NCBI GenBank assembly: GCA_026936335.1
Contig: JAPMXV010000002.1
Coordinates: forward strand, 310,001 to 374,000
Length of the DNA: 64,000 nucleotides
Direction of reading: 5' to 3'
Source of the DNA: Mantamonas sphyraenae STR306
Taxonomy: Eukaryota; Protista; CRuMs
Positions 24,905-37,089 of this stretch are shown here, piece by piece (position 1 is the first letter of the stretch; every line of letters begins with the position of its first letter). Both the position numbers and the translations under genes were made by a program. The notes under the pieces were generated by a model. That model was not told the DNA's origin. It saw only the letters and a list, made by a program, of their open reading frames with translations, and made no database searches.

Positions 24905-25876
24905 GAACTGTTGCGTGCCCGTTTGTTTAAATTGAGTAGGACACCGCGTCGTCCCTGTGGCAGTTCAGACGCGTACATACACAACTGGACACAGAGATCA
25001 ATAGAAACCGCGGTTGTATGACATACCTGGCGGTGCCAGGTGCAACAACACATGGTGCCACCCGCGGGGGGGGGGCTTGCAGATGCGGCAAATTGCAATG
25101 CGCTTTGGCTCGTCCAGTAGATGCCTGTGTCCTGAATACAGACCATGCGCACGCCATACATATGCGGATAATCTACAAACCCGCTCTTGTCATCGGTGAC
25201 ATCATCCACAGCGGATGGGAAAACGAGATTGGCTAAGGCTGCACGCCCACCCCGTTTTGGGCACAAATTCCGCGCCCACAACCCTTGGCAGCAAACTGTG
25301 CTTCAGTCAGTGGATGCAAGGTCACGGCTATTGGAGCAGTGCAAGCTCGGCTGCCGTGGATCTCCGATTGCATGGTTGTGTTGGGTACCCACGGGTCTCA
25401 CCACGGAAGCCAACAGCGCCAAGACGGATGTTGTGCAAGCCCCCGGGCATGTGAGTCTATATTGGAGCGCACATGGCCCTGCCGTGCTGCGTCACACACA
25501 ATCAGACGTCACCAAGGGGTCCGAAGGTGCATGTGAACAACAGATTTGAGATTCGTTGTGCCAATGCCATCCCGGCATTCATATGCCGGCTGAAATGTTC
25601 CATGTCGGTTGTGGCACGCCCAGGATGGTGTAGAAGGAGTGTGGGACACCATGGTTTCCGAGAAGGGTGGGAAGGATTGGCGGTTGCAGCACAGCCATGG
25701 ACACACGCCTAACCGGGTGTGAGCATCTCTGTGATCACAAAGAACCCACAGAGGAGTGATATCATGCCTCGGTGAACATTTTATGTGTTTCTGGGCGTTG
25801 TTCTCGGTGGTGGAGCCACGTTCACGCTCAATTGCAACCCACTGTGGAGCGCAGGTGCTTCGGTCCATCCAAGACG

Positions 25877-27931
25877 ATGGACAAGGCCACCAAGGCCACC
25901 AAGGCCACCAAGGCCACCAAGGCCAATGCACGGCGCAGCAAAGAGCAAGCGTCGGAAGAGAGCCAAAAAAGCAAGCCATCTTCCGCGGTTGCAGACACGG
26001 AGGCTCGGTTGAAGGCCCTGGAGCAGGCGTTGGCGGAGCTTGTCCTGGTGCAGGAGCAGCAGGTGGCGCTGCACCAACAGCAGCTGGAGACGCAGCGACT
26101 GGAAGAGGCCAAGAAGCTGCAACGCATCGAATACGACATGCAACTGCACGAGTACATGCGCGAAGCCGGAGAGGAGGACGAGTCAGCAGTGTGCGTGTGT
26201 GGTCAATGTCAAAAATCCGCGACTCCGCAGTTGACGGTCGCCAACGCTCCACAGCACCACTACCACATGCTGGAAGGAGCCCCGGTGGGAGAAAACAAGA
26301 CGTGGACAGAGTTTGGCCATCGCACGGGTCGTGGAGAGGCTATTTCGGAGGGCACGGGCGCCGGAAGCGCAGGCTCGACCGTTGCGCCGCTGGCCAATTT
26401 GACGAGCTTGCAGCGAGCGATTCAGGAGCGCAACCACGCATTCCATTTTTTCCCAAAGGCATCGTCACGCATCACAGAGTGGCAGCGCTTCGACGAAAAC
26501 GATCTGCACGAGCGAGGCACGAGCACAGCGTGGAACGACGTGTGGACGACATCGTACAGGCAATCGTTCCAAGCCTCGGACTTTGCAAAGGCAGTGGAAG
26601 CCAACGAACACCTGCAGCGCTTCTCGAGCGTGCAAACACAGATGCACAAGGAGGAACAGGAGGGGCAGGAGGGGCAGGGTGGCAGGTTCAGGACACATGT
26701 GGAACACCAGTTTGCAGTGGAGCGGGCCCATGCCCTTCGCCACTACGTGCCTGTGTTTCAACAGGAGGAACAGACACAGCATGGAGGGCACTCGGATTCC
26801 ATTGCTTCTGAGCAGACCCTCCTGGGCAAGCAGCAAGAGGCAGTGATGCACGAACGCAAGGGCCTGGACACTGACCTGGCCCTGCTGGCGGATCCGGAGG
26901 CCGACGTGGAGCATGCAGTGCCTCACATTCCGCTCCAGGATGTCGAACAAGCCCAAGCACAGTTTGCAAAGCTGAAGAGCATGCTGGAGAAGGAAAAGGC
27001 GACGCTGAAGAAGTTGAAGGCGGCTCAGGATGGAGAAGGAGACGACGATGAAGGGGCCCACGACGAGCACACTCACACGCAGGGGACGTCGAGTACACGC
27101 ACTGCATCCAAAGGTGCCACCGAGAACAAGTCGCCCACGACAAAGTCAAGCAGAAAGGCACCCAAGCGCGTGCGAAGCCGACGCGGAAGCGTGCAAAGCC
27201 GATCCAGCGAGCGCGAGCGGGGCAAGACACGGCGCAAAAGCAAAGGAACGAAGCAAGGGAAAGCCAAAAGGACGTCGAGGAGGTCTGGAAAACAAGAGGA
27301 CGAAGAGGACGACCGCAGCACGGTGATGACGCAGGAGACGGATGTCACCGAGGAGGAAGTGCAGACGCACCGCTCGCATCGTCAGCAGCAGCGACACGAG
27401 GATGCAGAACACACGCAGCAGCAGCACGTGCACAGCACCACGCCCACCAAAACCAAGTCTGTGTCGCTTCTGATTCCCATCTCGCCCGCGCAGCTGGAAA
27501 TGGACAAAGGGTACGACTTTGCGCGCTACTCGCCAGGGTCCTCGGTGACGTCGCTTCCGCTCTCCAAAGTGCCACCGGGGCACCGTAGCCGCGAGAACAG
27601 GCGCTCGCAGGCCAAGAAGCGAGCCAACACCTGTGGGATGTGCGGCAAGTGCCAAACGGCAGACGACTACCACAACGAGGAGGCGTTCCAACTGTTTGTC
27701 GTCTGCGAATGCTCCGTTCCACAGAGCGCCAACATGCCCGACGTCCTGTTTGCCTCGCCCATGGAGGCCGACAACGAGCAGAAGAGCAACAGCAAGATCC
27801 GCAACAACAACGAAAAGACCGCGCAGAAACACATCAGCGGCAGTGCGCATCAAGTCCGACGCAAGGATCCAAACGACTATGGGTCGTCGCCGGCGTCGTT
27901 GGTGTTGGAGTCGCAGTTTTGGGGCCACTGA
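25877..27931 (+). CDS. Hypothetical protein (coiled coil, low complexity, two Cys clusters)
   Basis: Long intronless ORF, likely start MDKATKATKATK; 'CVCGQC' and 'CGMCGKC..VCEC'. No recognisable family. Confidence 0.55.
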   Translation: MDKATKATKATKATKANARRSKEQASEESQKSKPSSAVADTEARLKALEQALAELVLVQEQQVALHQQQLETQRLEEAKKLQRIEYDMQLHEYMREAGEEDESAVCVCGQCQKSATPQLTVANAPQHHYHMLEGAPVGENKTWTEFGHRTGRGEAISEGTGAGSAGSTVAPLANLTSLQRAIQERNHAFHFFPKASSRITEWQRFDENDLHERGTSTAWNDVWTTSYRQSFQASDFAKAVEANEHLQRFSSVQTQMHKEEQEGQEGQGGRFRTHVEHQFAVERAHALRHYVPVFQQEEQTQHGGHSDSIASEQTLLGKQQEAVMHERKGLDTDLALLADPEADVEHAVPHIPLQDVEQAQAQFAKLKSMLEKEKATLKKLKAAQDGEGDDDEGAHDEHTHTQGTSSTRTASKGATENKSPTTKSSRKAPKRVRSRRGSVQSRSSERERGKTRRKSKGTKQGKAKRTSRRSGKQEDEEDDRSTVMTQETDVTEEEVQTHRSHRQQQRHEDAEHTQQQHVHSTTPTKTKSVSLLIPISPAQLEMDKGYDFARYSPGSSVTSLPLSKVPPGHRSRENRRSQAKKRANTCGMCGKCQTADDYHNEEAFQLFVVCECSVPQSANMPDVLFASPMEADNEQKSNSKIRNNNEKTAQKHISGSAHQVRRKDPNDYGSSPASLVLESQFWGH

Positions 27932-27963
27932 TCACTCTTCAATGAATGCCAGCAGAACACGGT

Positions 27964-30683
27964 TCATTTGCCCGATTTCGCCTCACCCAGTGCTTGTTCG
28001 ACATCCAACACATCCTCTGATGTGTCTGTTGCATCTTGGTCGGTGCAAGGCTCCCACAACATGCGTTGTGAGACGACTGTGCCCAGCCAGATCTCCACGC
28101 GGGAGATCCAGCGGTGTGCGTCGACGGAAAAGTCCACACGGCCGCCATCGTACATGCGCACGTGCACATAGTCGTCCTGGCCGTGTCCGACCTTCCGCCT
28201 CTTTGTACCATGCTCTGCACCTGCGTCGTCTCCACGGTTGCCCTCGTTCCCATCGGCAGCCTCGGCCACAGCAATGGCACTTGCAGCTGCAGACGAACTC
28301 GTGGCTTGTGCCGAGTCGGTGTGCTTCGAGCGCGAGTGGCTTGTGTGCTGTTCCTGTTGCGGTTGCTGTTGGTGCTGCTGCGTCTGTTGCTGAGCTTGCT
28401 GGTGTGTCTGCTCCAGCGGTTCGTGCTGCATCTGTTGCTCGCGGTTGCTGTGTTGCCCGTGCTCCGTGTGGTGTTTCTGATGCGATTGGTGCTTGTGGTG
28501 CGAGGAATGGTGTTGTGTGCCGCTGTGGCCACGTCCATGCGAGTGTGTGTTGCTGTGGCCGTGGTGGTGGTGCCCGTGCCCGTGCCCGTGCCCGTGCCCG
28601 TGCCCGTGCCCAGAGCTGCGTCCTGTGTGATGAGCACGCCCTGACCGTTGCGCCGACGCTTGGTCGTGCCAACCGGGTTCGCTTTGCACCCAACTCAGGC
28701 GCTTCTTCTGCCGCTCGCGCATGAGAGCGCTCTCCACATCCGAGACAAACGCGTCTGCGCGCAGAAAGATCATCTGCAGGATGTGGACCAGCTGCTTGGC
28801 CATGGAGACGTCGAATGTCAGCACACCCTGGTCGTGTTGATGTACAAGTTCGTAGAGCATGGACACGCTGTAGCAGTCTTGCGTGGTGCCGCCCTTGCCC
28901 GGTTTGGCGGAGTATTCTACAAAGTACCAGTCCTGAAAGTCGGTGACCACGCCGATGCCAAAGCCCTTTACACCCGGCAGACCGAAGCGTGTGAAACGCT
29001 TGCAATCCTTGATGAACTTGAGCGCGTGGCTTTCAAAGTTTGCGTTGACGTCGCTGTCGCGGAATTGCAGCCACACAGGGCAGATGGTCTTGAAGTTTGG
29101 GTCGTCGATGAGAGTGACAAACTCCAGGCCAAAGTCGCTGTTGATCATGACGTTGTGGCGCAGCGACGGATGTTCCAGGGCGCCCGTGACGAGCATAAGC
29201 AGCGCAAAGCGCAGCTTGTCCGGGTGGCGGATGACAGGCTTGGCCGAGCCCTTGCGCGGCAGGATGGCGGCCAATTCGCAAATGTGATGCTTCCACATGC
29301 GAGCCAGCGACGAGAGGGGTGTTTCCACGGGTTCATAGAACGGCACGGCGCTAAAGTCGACGCCCACAAGTTCGCCAATCTCCACGCCGAAAATGACGGA
29401 CGAGCGGTTGGCAAAGCGGATATCCGAGGGCAACCGTGGATGCCGGCCACAAAAGATGTCCTTGGGATCATAGTCGAGCTCACGGGACCAGACGTTGCGC
29501 CACTCGACGACATCGGACGGGTATGTATGTGCGGTGATGTTTGTGGCGTCGGTGAGTGGGACGTCGCAGTTGAGCATGTACGAGACGTCTGTGGTGGCAC
29601 TGATTTCCTGGTCCTCCATGTTGAGGTTCCAGACCTTGACTCCTGCGGCGCCACAGGCCCAGACCTCGTGGCCGACGCCGATGACACCGTACGGCGGATC
29701 GAGGATGGCTTCGGTTTCGATGGACAGCACACACTCTCCGTCCTCTGGCAAAAACACAAGGATCTCGGTGGTCATGGCGGCCACAAGGAAGTGGTCGTCA
29801 AAGTAGGCCAGACTGTGGCAGGTGCTGCCTGCGTCGCTGCCGGTGCTCTCGAGAAGAAGGTCGGGCGGCGTCGCATTGCCCTTGTTCAGAAGTGGCGGCA
29901 AGGCAATCTGTGGGTTGTAGGACTGCAACGACTGCAGTTGGCTGGCACGCTCGCTGGGAAAGGTGAGGCCGCGCGGAGAGCCCGGCGCACTTGCGAGCGA
30001 GGTGGCCGACGAGGCCATGGGCGATGAGACGGGATGGAGGGCGCCCGGCACAGGTGCAGACGGGAGAGCAGGCGAGAGGGGCAGGGTGGAGGAGCTTGTC
30101 GAGGCGCGAAGGCTGCCACTTTGAGAAGCCGGGTCGCCGTTGGCCATCTGTTGGTGCTGGCGCTGCAGCTGCATGTGCAATTGCATGCTCTTGAACACAA
30201 CAATGGAGCCGTGCTTGGTGCCAATAAACAGGTAATCGCGTGTACGGAGGATGGCAGACACGCTGTCGTCGTTCTTGTCGTCCTCGGCGGTGGCGTGTGT
30301 GCGTCGTGACGAGCCGCGCGAATCGGAGCCCTCCGCGTGGTGGTGAGCGCTGCCGCGAGTGTTGATGTTTGGGTTGTGGTGGTTGCTGCTGCTGTTGTTG
30401 TTGTTGTTCCCTGTGCCATGTTCCATGGCCGAGTTTCCGCCTCCTCGGAAGCTGCTGCTGTTGCTGTGTGACGAATCAAAACGAGCTGGGCCCACCTTGG
30501 CTTTGCCCTTGCTTCGCCGCCTACGCTCTCGCTCATCCTCTTCCACTTCCATGCTGTTGCCGCTGTCCTTGCGTAGTACGTCCTTGTCGCGAGCTACACC
30601 CTCTTCTTCCATGCGATCCGTTCCGTTGCGCCTGCGCTTCGAAGTTCGCAGCGAACGCGTGTGCGTTTGCTCCTTTGCAGAAG

Positions 30684-30730
<47 letters not shown>

Positions 30731-31890
30731 TTTGGGTTGGTGGTGGAGGTGGTGGTCATGCTTGTGTTGGTTGTGTTGTGGTTCGTTGAGCTGCCACGGG
30801 CGCCTTCCTTGGCCGTCTTGGCGTTGTGCTGTGTGTCTTTCTCCTGCCGATGCTGCGAGCGCGTGCGCGCAACACTGCGGCGAGGATTGCCGGCGCTGGG
30901 CATCTCCTGTACATCCATGGCCTGGTCGGTGGACACATGGGAGGCGTTGTCGCTGGTGGGCGACAGGTAAGCTGCTTTGTGCATGTGGCCAAACACGTCG
31001 TGGCGGGAAAGAACCTGGATGGGCCCGCTGACGGTGTCCCAAATCTCCACGTCGCCGTTTGCACCCGAGGTGACGAGCACGTTGTCCACTGTGTCAAAGT
31101 ACACGGCGTTGATGTTGTCCACGGCGCCTGTGGTGGTGCAAATCCACTCCCAGGTGTAAAAGTTGAGCTGTTGCAGCGAGCCGTCTGAGAAAAGCACCCA
31201 GCAGCAGCCGCGCGTGCCGTCTGCTATCGTGTAGATGGGCGTCTGGTTGAACGTGACCTTGCGGAACACGGCCCCCGTGAATGCGTGGCACACCAGAAGC
31301 ACATTGTTGCGGTTGAGAAAGATGACGTCGTCAAAGATGCGCACAAAGAGGGTGATGCCGGGCTCCAACGTGATGTTGAACACCGTCACGTGCTTTTCCA
31401 CGTCCCAAAAAATGATGCGGTCGCTGTGCACAGTGTACACCAGGGCCTGCGGTGACGTGGGCACATTGTTCAGACCTGCTCCTGCTTTGGGGGTCGTGTT
31501 CCCCTCCTGTGCCTCGTTCGGCGTCCCTTGCCGACTCCGTTTGGTCTCGTTTTCCGCCCCACTGGCCTCGCCACTCGATCCGCCTTCTTCCACGGGGGTC
31601 CTGTTCCCTTGGGCTTTGTCCAATCCCTCGTCCGTCTCGGCCTGTGCCTCGGCCCCGTTGGCCTTGCCCGCGGTCGAGGCCGTGGAGCCGCCCGAGTACG
31701 GACGCTCCGCCTCGCCCGCGTCCACGTCGACGCTTAGGCTGCCGGCACTGATCAGTCGGCTGCGCGATGTTGTGCCCCACATTGGAAGGTGGGTCGGAGG
31801 AGTTGGGTTGGGCACGGGCACGGACGTGCCCAACAGTGGGCGCTGTTGTTGGTGGTGCGGTGGGCCGATGGAAATCATCACACGCTTCAT
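27964..31890 (-). CDS. Large protein with divergent WD40-like propeller segments, low-complexity tracts and a C-terminal REase-fold-like segment
   Basis: 1308-aa ORF; 'LVTSGANGDVEIWD', 'LFIGTKHGSIVVF', 'GVKVWNL'; 'GIGVVTDFQDWYFVEY'. Confidence 0.6.
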
Positions 31891-33778
31891 TCCTCGTCCA
31901 GATCTGCCTCTGGTTCTTCTTCGTCGTCACTCGCCTCCCTCTTGTCTGTGGTTTCCTCTCCTCCTGCTGTAGAGGCGGTGTCGACGGCCTCGGCGGACGA
32001 ACCGGCGTCAGCAGCTTCTGCTTGCTTCTCGGCTGCTTCGTCGTCCTCGCCCTCAGCTGAGGCTTCCTCGTCCAGGTCAGCCTCTGGCTCCACTTCCTCT
32101 TCGTCGCCGTCGGCTGCAGTGGTGGTCTCTTCGACAGAGGCCTCCTGGGCTGTGTCCGCCTCGCTCGCTTCCGCCTCGCTCGTGTCCTCCTCGCCTGTGA
32201 CCTCCGTGGTGTCCTCCGCAGTGTCCTGTTTGGCTGCATTATCGCCTGCGTCGTCGCCTTCATCTTCGGTGCCGTCTCCAGTCTCGACCTGAACGGCGGC
32301 GGTTTCGTCACCGTCCTCTTCGCCTGCGTTGTCGCCTTGGCCATCCTCATCCTCATCTTCATCGTCTCCCTCCTCATCGTCTTCTTCGTCTTCGTCCTCG
32401 TCCTCGCCCTCGCCGCCATCGTCGCCCTCGCGCAGACGCTGGATTGTGGCCAGCGTGGTGTCGCGCACCTGCTCCAGCAGATGTTCCATGACTGTGGCCC
32501 CAGTGTACTCCTCATCATCTTCAAAGACTTCGCGCAGCTCGTGGTAGACACCGTTCATGGTGCTGCGGATCTCGGCAATGGTTTCTTCGGTGGCGTCGCT
32601 CTGGATGCGAGCGATCACTGCCTTGCTCTGTGCAATGATGTCCTCCTTCTCCTTCTCCAACAGACGGATGCGGTTGCTTTGGTCGCCTCCGCTGGCCGCA
32701 GTGGCTTCCATCTGTCCGATCTGCTTGCCCGCCTCGTAACCGCGTGAGTAGCTCGCCTCCTCGACCTTGTCCTTCTCCTCCTGGAACTCCTGCGTGCACT
32801 TTCGGCGCGTGTCGGCCACGGCTGCTGCCACCTTGCTCTCCAGCGTGTCCATGTATCGCTTTTCAGCGTCGGCCTCGATCTGGTTGATCTGTTCCGCAGT
32901 GACCGAGCCGCTGCTCAGACGCTCGCGTCGCAGCTGGTCCTTTGCCTTGCGCACCTCGTCCACCAGCTCTTCCTTCTCGCGGTCGTGCTCCTCCACAATG
33001 CGTGCCTTGTCTGCCTTGAACTTGCGCGTGCGCTCGCTGAGGGTCTTTTCCCCAGCGGCAATTTCCTCTTTGGCCTCACCAAGCTCAAACTGCACCTTTT
33101 CCAGCTTCTCCTCCAGGCTGCGCATGCGCGTCGTATCGTTCTGCTTCTCCATTTTGAGCTCGCGCACAGTGACTTCATCCTCGCGCGTCTGTGTGCGCAG
33201 CTCGTCGATCTGTGTGCGTGCACGTGCCAGCTGATCCTCCGCTGCGGCCAAACGCTCCTGGTGGTCCTCCAGCTGCATTTTGTATGTGTTGCTCTGTCGC
33301 TGTGCCTGCGACAGCTCCATGTCCTTGCGCATCAGATCGTTCTCCAGGCTCGCCTTGTACTGCTGCAGCTCCACAATCTGCTCCTGCTTCTTGTCCGAGC
33401 CGCTGATCAGAGTGTCCGACCGCTCCTCCATTTCCCGCTGCTTGGTTTCCACAAGATGCTCGGTGCGCTCCAGCAGCTCGTTGATCTTCAGCTGCTTGGC
33501 CTCCACAAGTTCTTTCTTCTCGCGCAGTTCGTCCCGCAGCGCCTCGTTGTCCTGCACCAGCCTCTGGATGCTTGTGATGATGGCTGCTCCATTCAGCAGA
33601 GCCTCTTCGCCCATGGCGCGCGTGGGCAGCACGGCGTTCAGACGCACCGAGAGCTCGTCGAGCTTGCCCGACACTGCAATCACATTGGCCTTGACCTCGC
33701 GCTGCGTCTGCCACGTCTCCATCATCATGGTCGAGTTGAGATCGGACGCAAGGCCTGCTTGCCCCTGTGGCTGCTGCG

Positions 33779-33809
<31 letters not shown>

Positions 33810-35558
33810 GGGATAGCCGTATTGTTGAGGCGGCTGTTGCTGTTGGGGGTAACCATAGAGCTGCTGCTGCTGCTGCTGCTGCTGTTGTTGCTGCGGTTGC
33901 TGCTGCCCGCCGCCAGGGTACATGACCAGTTGACCTGCGTACTGCTGTTGCTGCTGCGGGTACATGTAGTTTTGCTGCTGCATTGGCTGTTGCTGTTGCT
34001 GCTGCATAGGCTGTTGCTGTTGTTGCTGCATGGGCTGCTGCTGCTGTTGCATGGGCTGTTGCTGTTGCTGCATGGGCTGTTGCTGTTGCTGCATGGCAGG
34101 CTGCGGCTGCTGTTGAGCCTGCTGCTGCTGCTGCTGGTTCACCATCACTGGCTGTTGTCCACCGGCTTCGGCCACAACCGGTGTCTCTTCGCTGATTTCG
34201 GCCGGGGTGGCAAAGGGTGACGCGGTGCCGATCTTGGCCATGCGCTGCTTGAGCTTCGTCTTGTCGGCGCTGCTGGTTTCGCTTTCGCCATCAACCTCGC
34301 TCCCTGCGTCGCTGCTGCTGCTGCTGGCGCCTCCTGCCTTCTTGGCCTTGTCCGAGCGGCGCATCTTGTTCAAGGTGATCTCGTAGATGAGGACCGAGTC
34401 GGGCGGGACACCGAGCTCGGAGTTGCCCTGGCCGCCGTAGGCCAGGGAGGCCGGCACGACAATCAGGCGCTTGCTGTGCTTCTTCATGCCATCCACGCCA
34501 TCCTCCCAGCCAGTGATTACCTTGTGTTTGCCAATGGTAAACTTCTTTTCGCCCTCGTGGACACGGACGCCGGGGTGGCCATACTCGTCTGCCAACCATC
34601 CGCGGTACTCGATGCCCACCTGGTCGCCAAAGGTCACCTCGGGTCCATCCTTGGCCACGAGATCCTGCACGGCCACAGCCTCGGCGTTGGGGTTCATGGC
34701 CGCGCGGCACACGCAAAGAAAGCGCAGCATCTTGTCCATCTGTTCGTCGTTGGCAAAGACAAAGGACCAGTACTGCGAGCGTGCGTCGTAGAAATATACG
34801 TACTTGGAGTCCACAGTCACGGTGAATTGCATGTCGGGCCACATGGCCGTGCGCAGGACGTGTTTGCCCTCGGCGTCATGGCCCAGCAGCGAGTACGTGC
34901 GCTTAGCCAGGCTACCCACCACAGACAGGCCTGCGTTGCCCTGGCTCACAAACTCGCCGTCGATCCTGGACGGGTTGGCAGGCGCCAAAGGAAGCCCATG
35001 CGCGTTAGCGTGCGCAAGAGGGAAAATCAAAGGCGACGCGTGGACGATTTTGCGGCTTTCTGGCCACGTCCAATGGTACGTGTGACCCCTCTGGCCGCAC
35101 ACACTTACTGCTGGAACAGATGGCCCATGGCTGTCTCCAGCACCACCGTGGCGCTGGGATCCGAGCCCTTGGCGGTCGTGTTGGTCGAACTGCTTGACTC
35201 GCTCTCTGTGCGCTGGCGACCTTGATACTTCAGCGAGGCGTTGCCCGAGCTCCCTGCGCTCTTGCCCATGCCAAAGATGTTGTTCAGGTTGTTGGAACCA
35301 CTGCACGGAGATGTGTGTAGCACCAAAGGGGGGGGTCAGCCGTGTGTCTGTGTGCATACGCATGGGCCTCTGCTTGCTTGCTTGCGGCTCGTCGTCTGCA
35401 TCATTGTGCGAGCGCCCACAAGCGTGTCCCCTCTCGACGCTGGCAGCGCTGTGCGCACACGGCACAGCGCAGCACGTGTGCGGTGCCCCCACACTCTCTT
35501 ACCTCGCTGGGAGAAAGGACGTGTCGAATCCTCCATCGTCGTCGTCAAAAAGGGACAT
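31887..35558 (-). CDS. FKBP15-like protein (WH1-like N-terminus, FKBP domain, polyQ, coiled coil, acidic tail), multi-exon
   Basis: Start 'MSLFDDDDGGFD'; 'FYDARSQYWSFVF'; FKBP motifs 'FTIGKHKVITGWEDGVDGM', 'VPASLAYG', 'VPPDSVLIYEITL'; long coiled coil. Confidence 0.8.
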
Positions 35559-35618
35559 GTTATGCGGTGGCGGTGGCAGCGCCGGCGGGCCCACGTCGAC
35601 CAGGCCACACACAGCACC

Positions 35619-37031
35619 ATGGGTAAAACGCGTCGCCGTGGAAAGACCAGCAAAGAATCATCGTCGTCGTCCTCGTCGTCGTCCTCGTCCTCCTCCTCGA
35701 CAAACATGAGCAAGGCCAGGGCGGCGACGGTGGAACGCTGCGAGGACGAGGCAGACCTTGAGAAGCGCATGTATGCCTCAATGAGCAACTCTGTGAGCGG
35801 CTTGGGCAACTCCAGCGTGGGCGAGCTGCAGGTGGTGCGGCTGAGTGAGGAGGAGAGCGAGGGTCTGGTGGAGGAGAACAGCGAGACAACGCTGGAGGCC
35901 ACGTTCTCGGGCGAATTCGCCGAAGTGGACGGTTCGCTGTTGGAGGGCGGTGGCCAGGTGCTGCGCAACTCGTTTGCATATGCGTGCATCCTGGGAAAGA
36001 GCGTGCGTGTGACGAGCATCCGTGCAAACCGTCCTGGAGGTGGAGGGCTGCGAGCACAGCACTTGTGTGGCCTGAAGCTGGTGAACACACTGTGCAACGG
36101 CGAACTCACCAACCAGGAGGTGGGTGCCACAAGCGTCAATTTTACGCCAGGACCCATCCAGGGTGGCGCATTCCACGTGAGCATCGGCACGGCAGGCGCC
36201 ATCTCGCTGATCACACAGACCATTCTGCCGTGTTTGCTCTTTGCAGGTACCGAGAGCCAAGTGGGCGTGTCTGGAGGCACCAATGCCATCAAAGCACCCG
36301 CTACAGACTTTGTCAACCGCGTGTTTCTTCCTGTGGCCACGGCTGCGTTTGGGTTTGAGGCCGAGCTGCAGGTGCTGCGCCGTGGCTTCTTCCCCATGGG
36401 CAACGGCGAAGCTGTGCTGCGCGTCAAGCCGCTTCAGGCTCCGTTGCAGGCAGTCGATCTGACAGACGCCGGCAGCGTGGTGGCCATCACGGGAGTGGCG
36501 TATGTGGCGCAGCAGGACAGCGAGGTCGCAGAGAAGATGGTGCGTGGTGCCACGCTGGCCCTGGAGGAATGGTTCACAGGCATGGAGAAGGAAGTGCCAC
36601 CCATTGACATCGAGGTAGCGGTGGAGGACAAGAGCACAAGCTGGGGCAAGGGCTTCGGCATCCTGCTTGTGGCGCACACATCGACAGGCTGCCGCATCTC
36701 GGGCTCTGCGTTGGGAGGCAAGAAGAAGGACAAGCCAGGCAATGTGGCGACGGAAGCGGCCAACATGCTGCTGTCCAACATGCTGCACGGCGTCTGTGCG
36801 GATGAGTTTCTGCAGGACCAACTGGTGATCTTGATGGCGCTGGCCAAGGGAACGTCGCGTCTGCTCATCGGCCCTGTAGAGTTGCACACCACGACAGCCA
36901 TCCACTTTGCCAAGATGCTGACGGGAGCCACGATCAGTGTGACGAAGCAGGAGGTCAGTGCAGAAGAGGAAGACGCAGGGGTGGAGCGAAATCTGGTGGT
37001 TGTGCGAGGTGTTGGGTGTGAAGCGAGCTGA
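35619..37031 (+). CDS. RTCA: RNA 3'-terminal phosphate cyclase
   Basis: 'DGSLLEGGGQVLR', 'IRANRP..GLRAQHL', 'GGTN', 'RRGFFPMG', 'DEFLQDQL', 'HTTTAIH'. Confidence 0.92.
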   Translation: MGKTRRRGKTSKESSSSSSSSSSSSSSTNMSKARAATVERCEDEADLEKRMYASMSNSVSGLGNSSVGELQVVRLSEEESEGLVEENSETTLEATFSGEFAEVDGSLLEGGGQVLRNSFAYACILGKSVRVTSIRANRPGGGGLRAQHLCGLKLVNTLCNGELTNQEVGATSVNFTPGPIQGGAFHVSIGTAGAISLITQTILPCLLFAGTESQVGVSGGTNAIKAPATDFVNRVFLPVATAAFGFEAELQVLRRGFFPMGNGEAVLRVKPLQAPLQAVDLTDAGSVVAITGVAYVAQQDSEVAEKMVRGATLALEEWFTGMEKEVPPIDIEVAVEDKSTSWGKGFGILLVAHTSTGCRISGSALGGKKKDKPGNVATEAANMLLSNMLHGVCADEFLQDQLVILMALAKGTSRLLIGPVELHTTTAIHFAKMLTGATISVTKQEVSAEEEDAGVERNLVVVRGVGCEAS

Positions 37032-37089
37032 TTTGCTGGTATGTAGTGCATTTGTGTGGGTAGGTGGATGGGTGTGTATGGAATCGCTT

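Larger units (their letters stand above)
18900..25295 (-). mobile_element. Putative non-autonomous Fanzor element 1 (3' end supported, 5' end tentative)
   Basis: Fanzor ORF, structured 3' region and terminal motif CTGTATTTTTC (18900-18910) shared with element 2. The 5' boundary is only guessed from AAA|CTGT at 25293-25299, matching flank CTGT at 18895-18898. Confidence 0.5.

Noticed and set aside
18900-25900. Helitron or TIR (DDE) transposon assignment for the Fanzor elements
   Set aside because: No HUH/Pif1 or DDE motifs recognised, no 3' CTRR, and no inverted copy of CTGTATTTTTC found at the other end.
31887-31890. ATGA stop/start overlap suggesting operon-like coupling of FKBP15-like and the downstream ORF
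   Set aside because: The true start is probably a downstream Met; there is no evidence for coupling in a eukaryotic context.
33780-34140. CAG/CAA repeat block
   Set aside because: Ordinary polyQ coding tract in the FKBP15-like gene.
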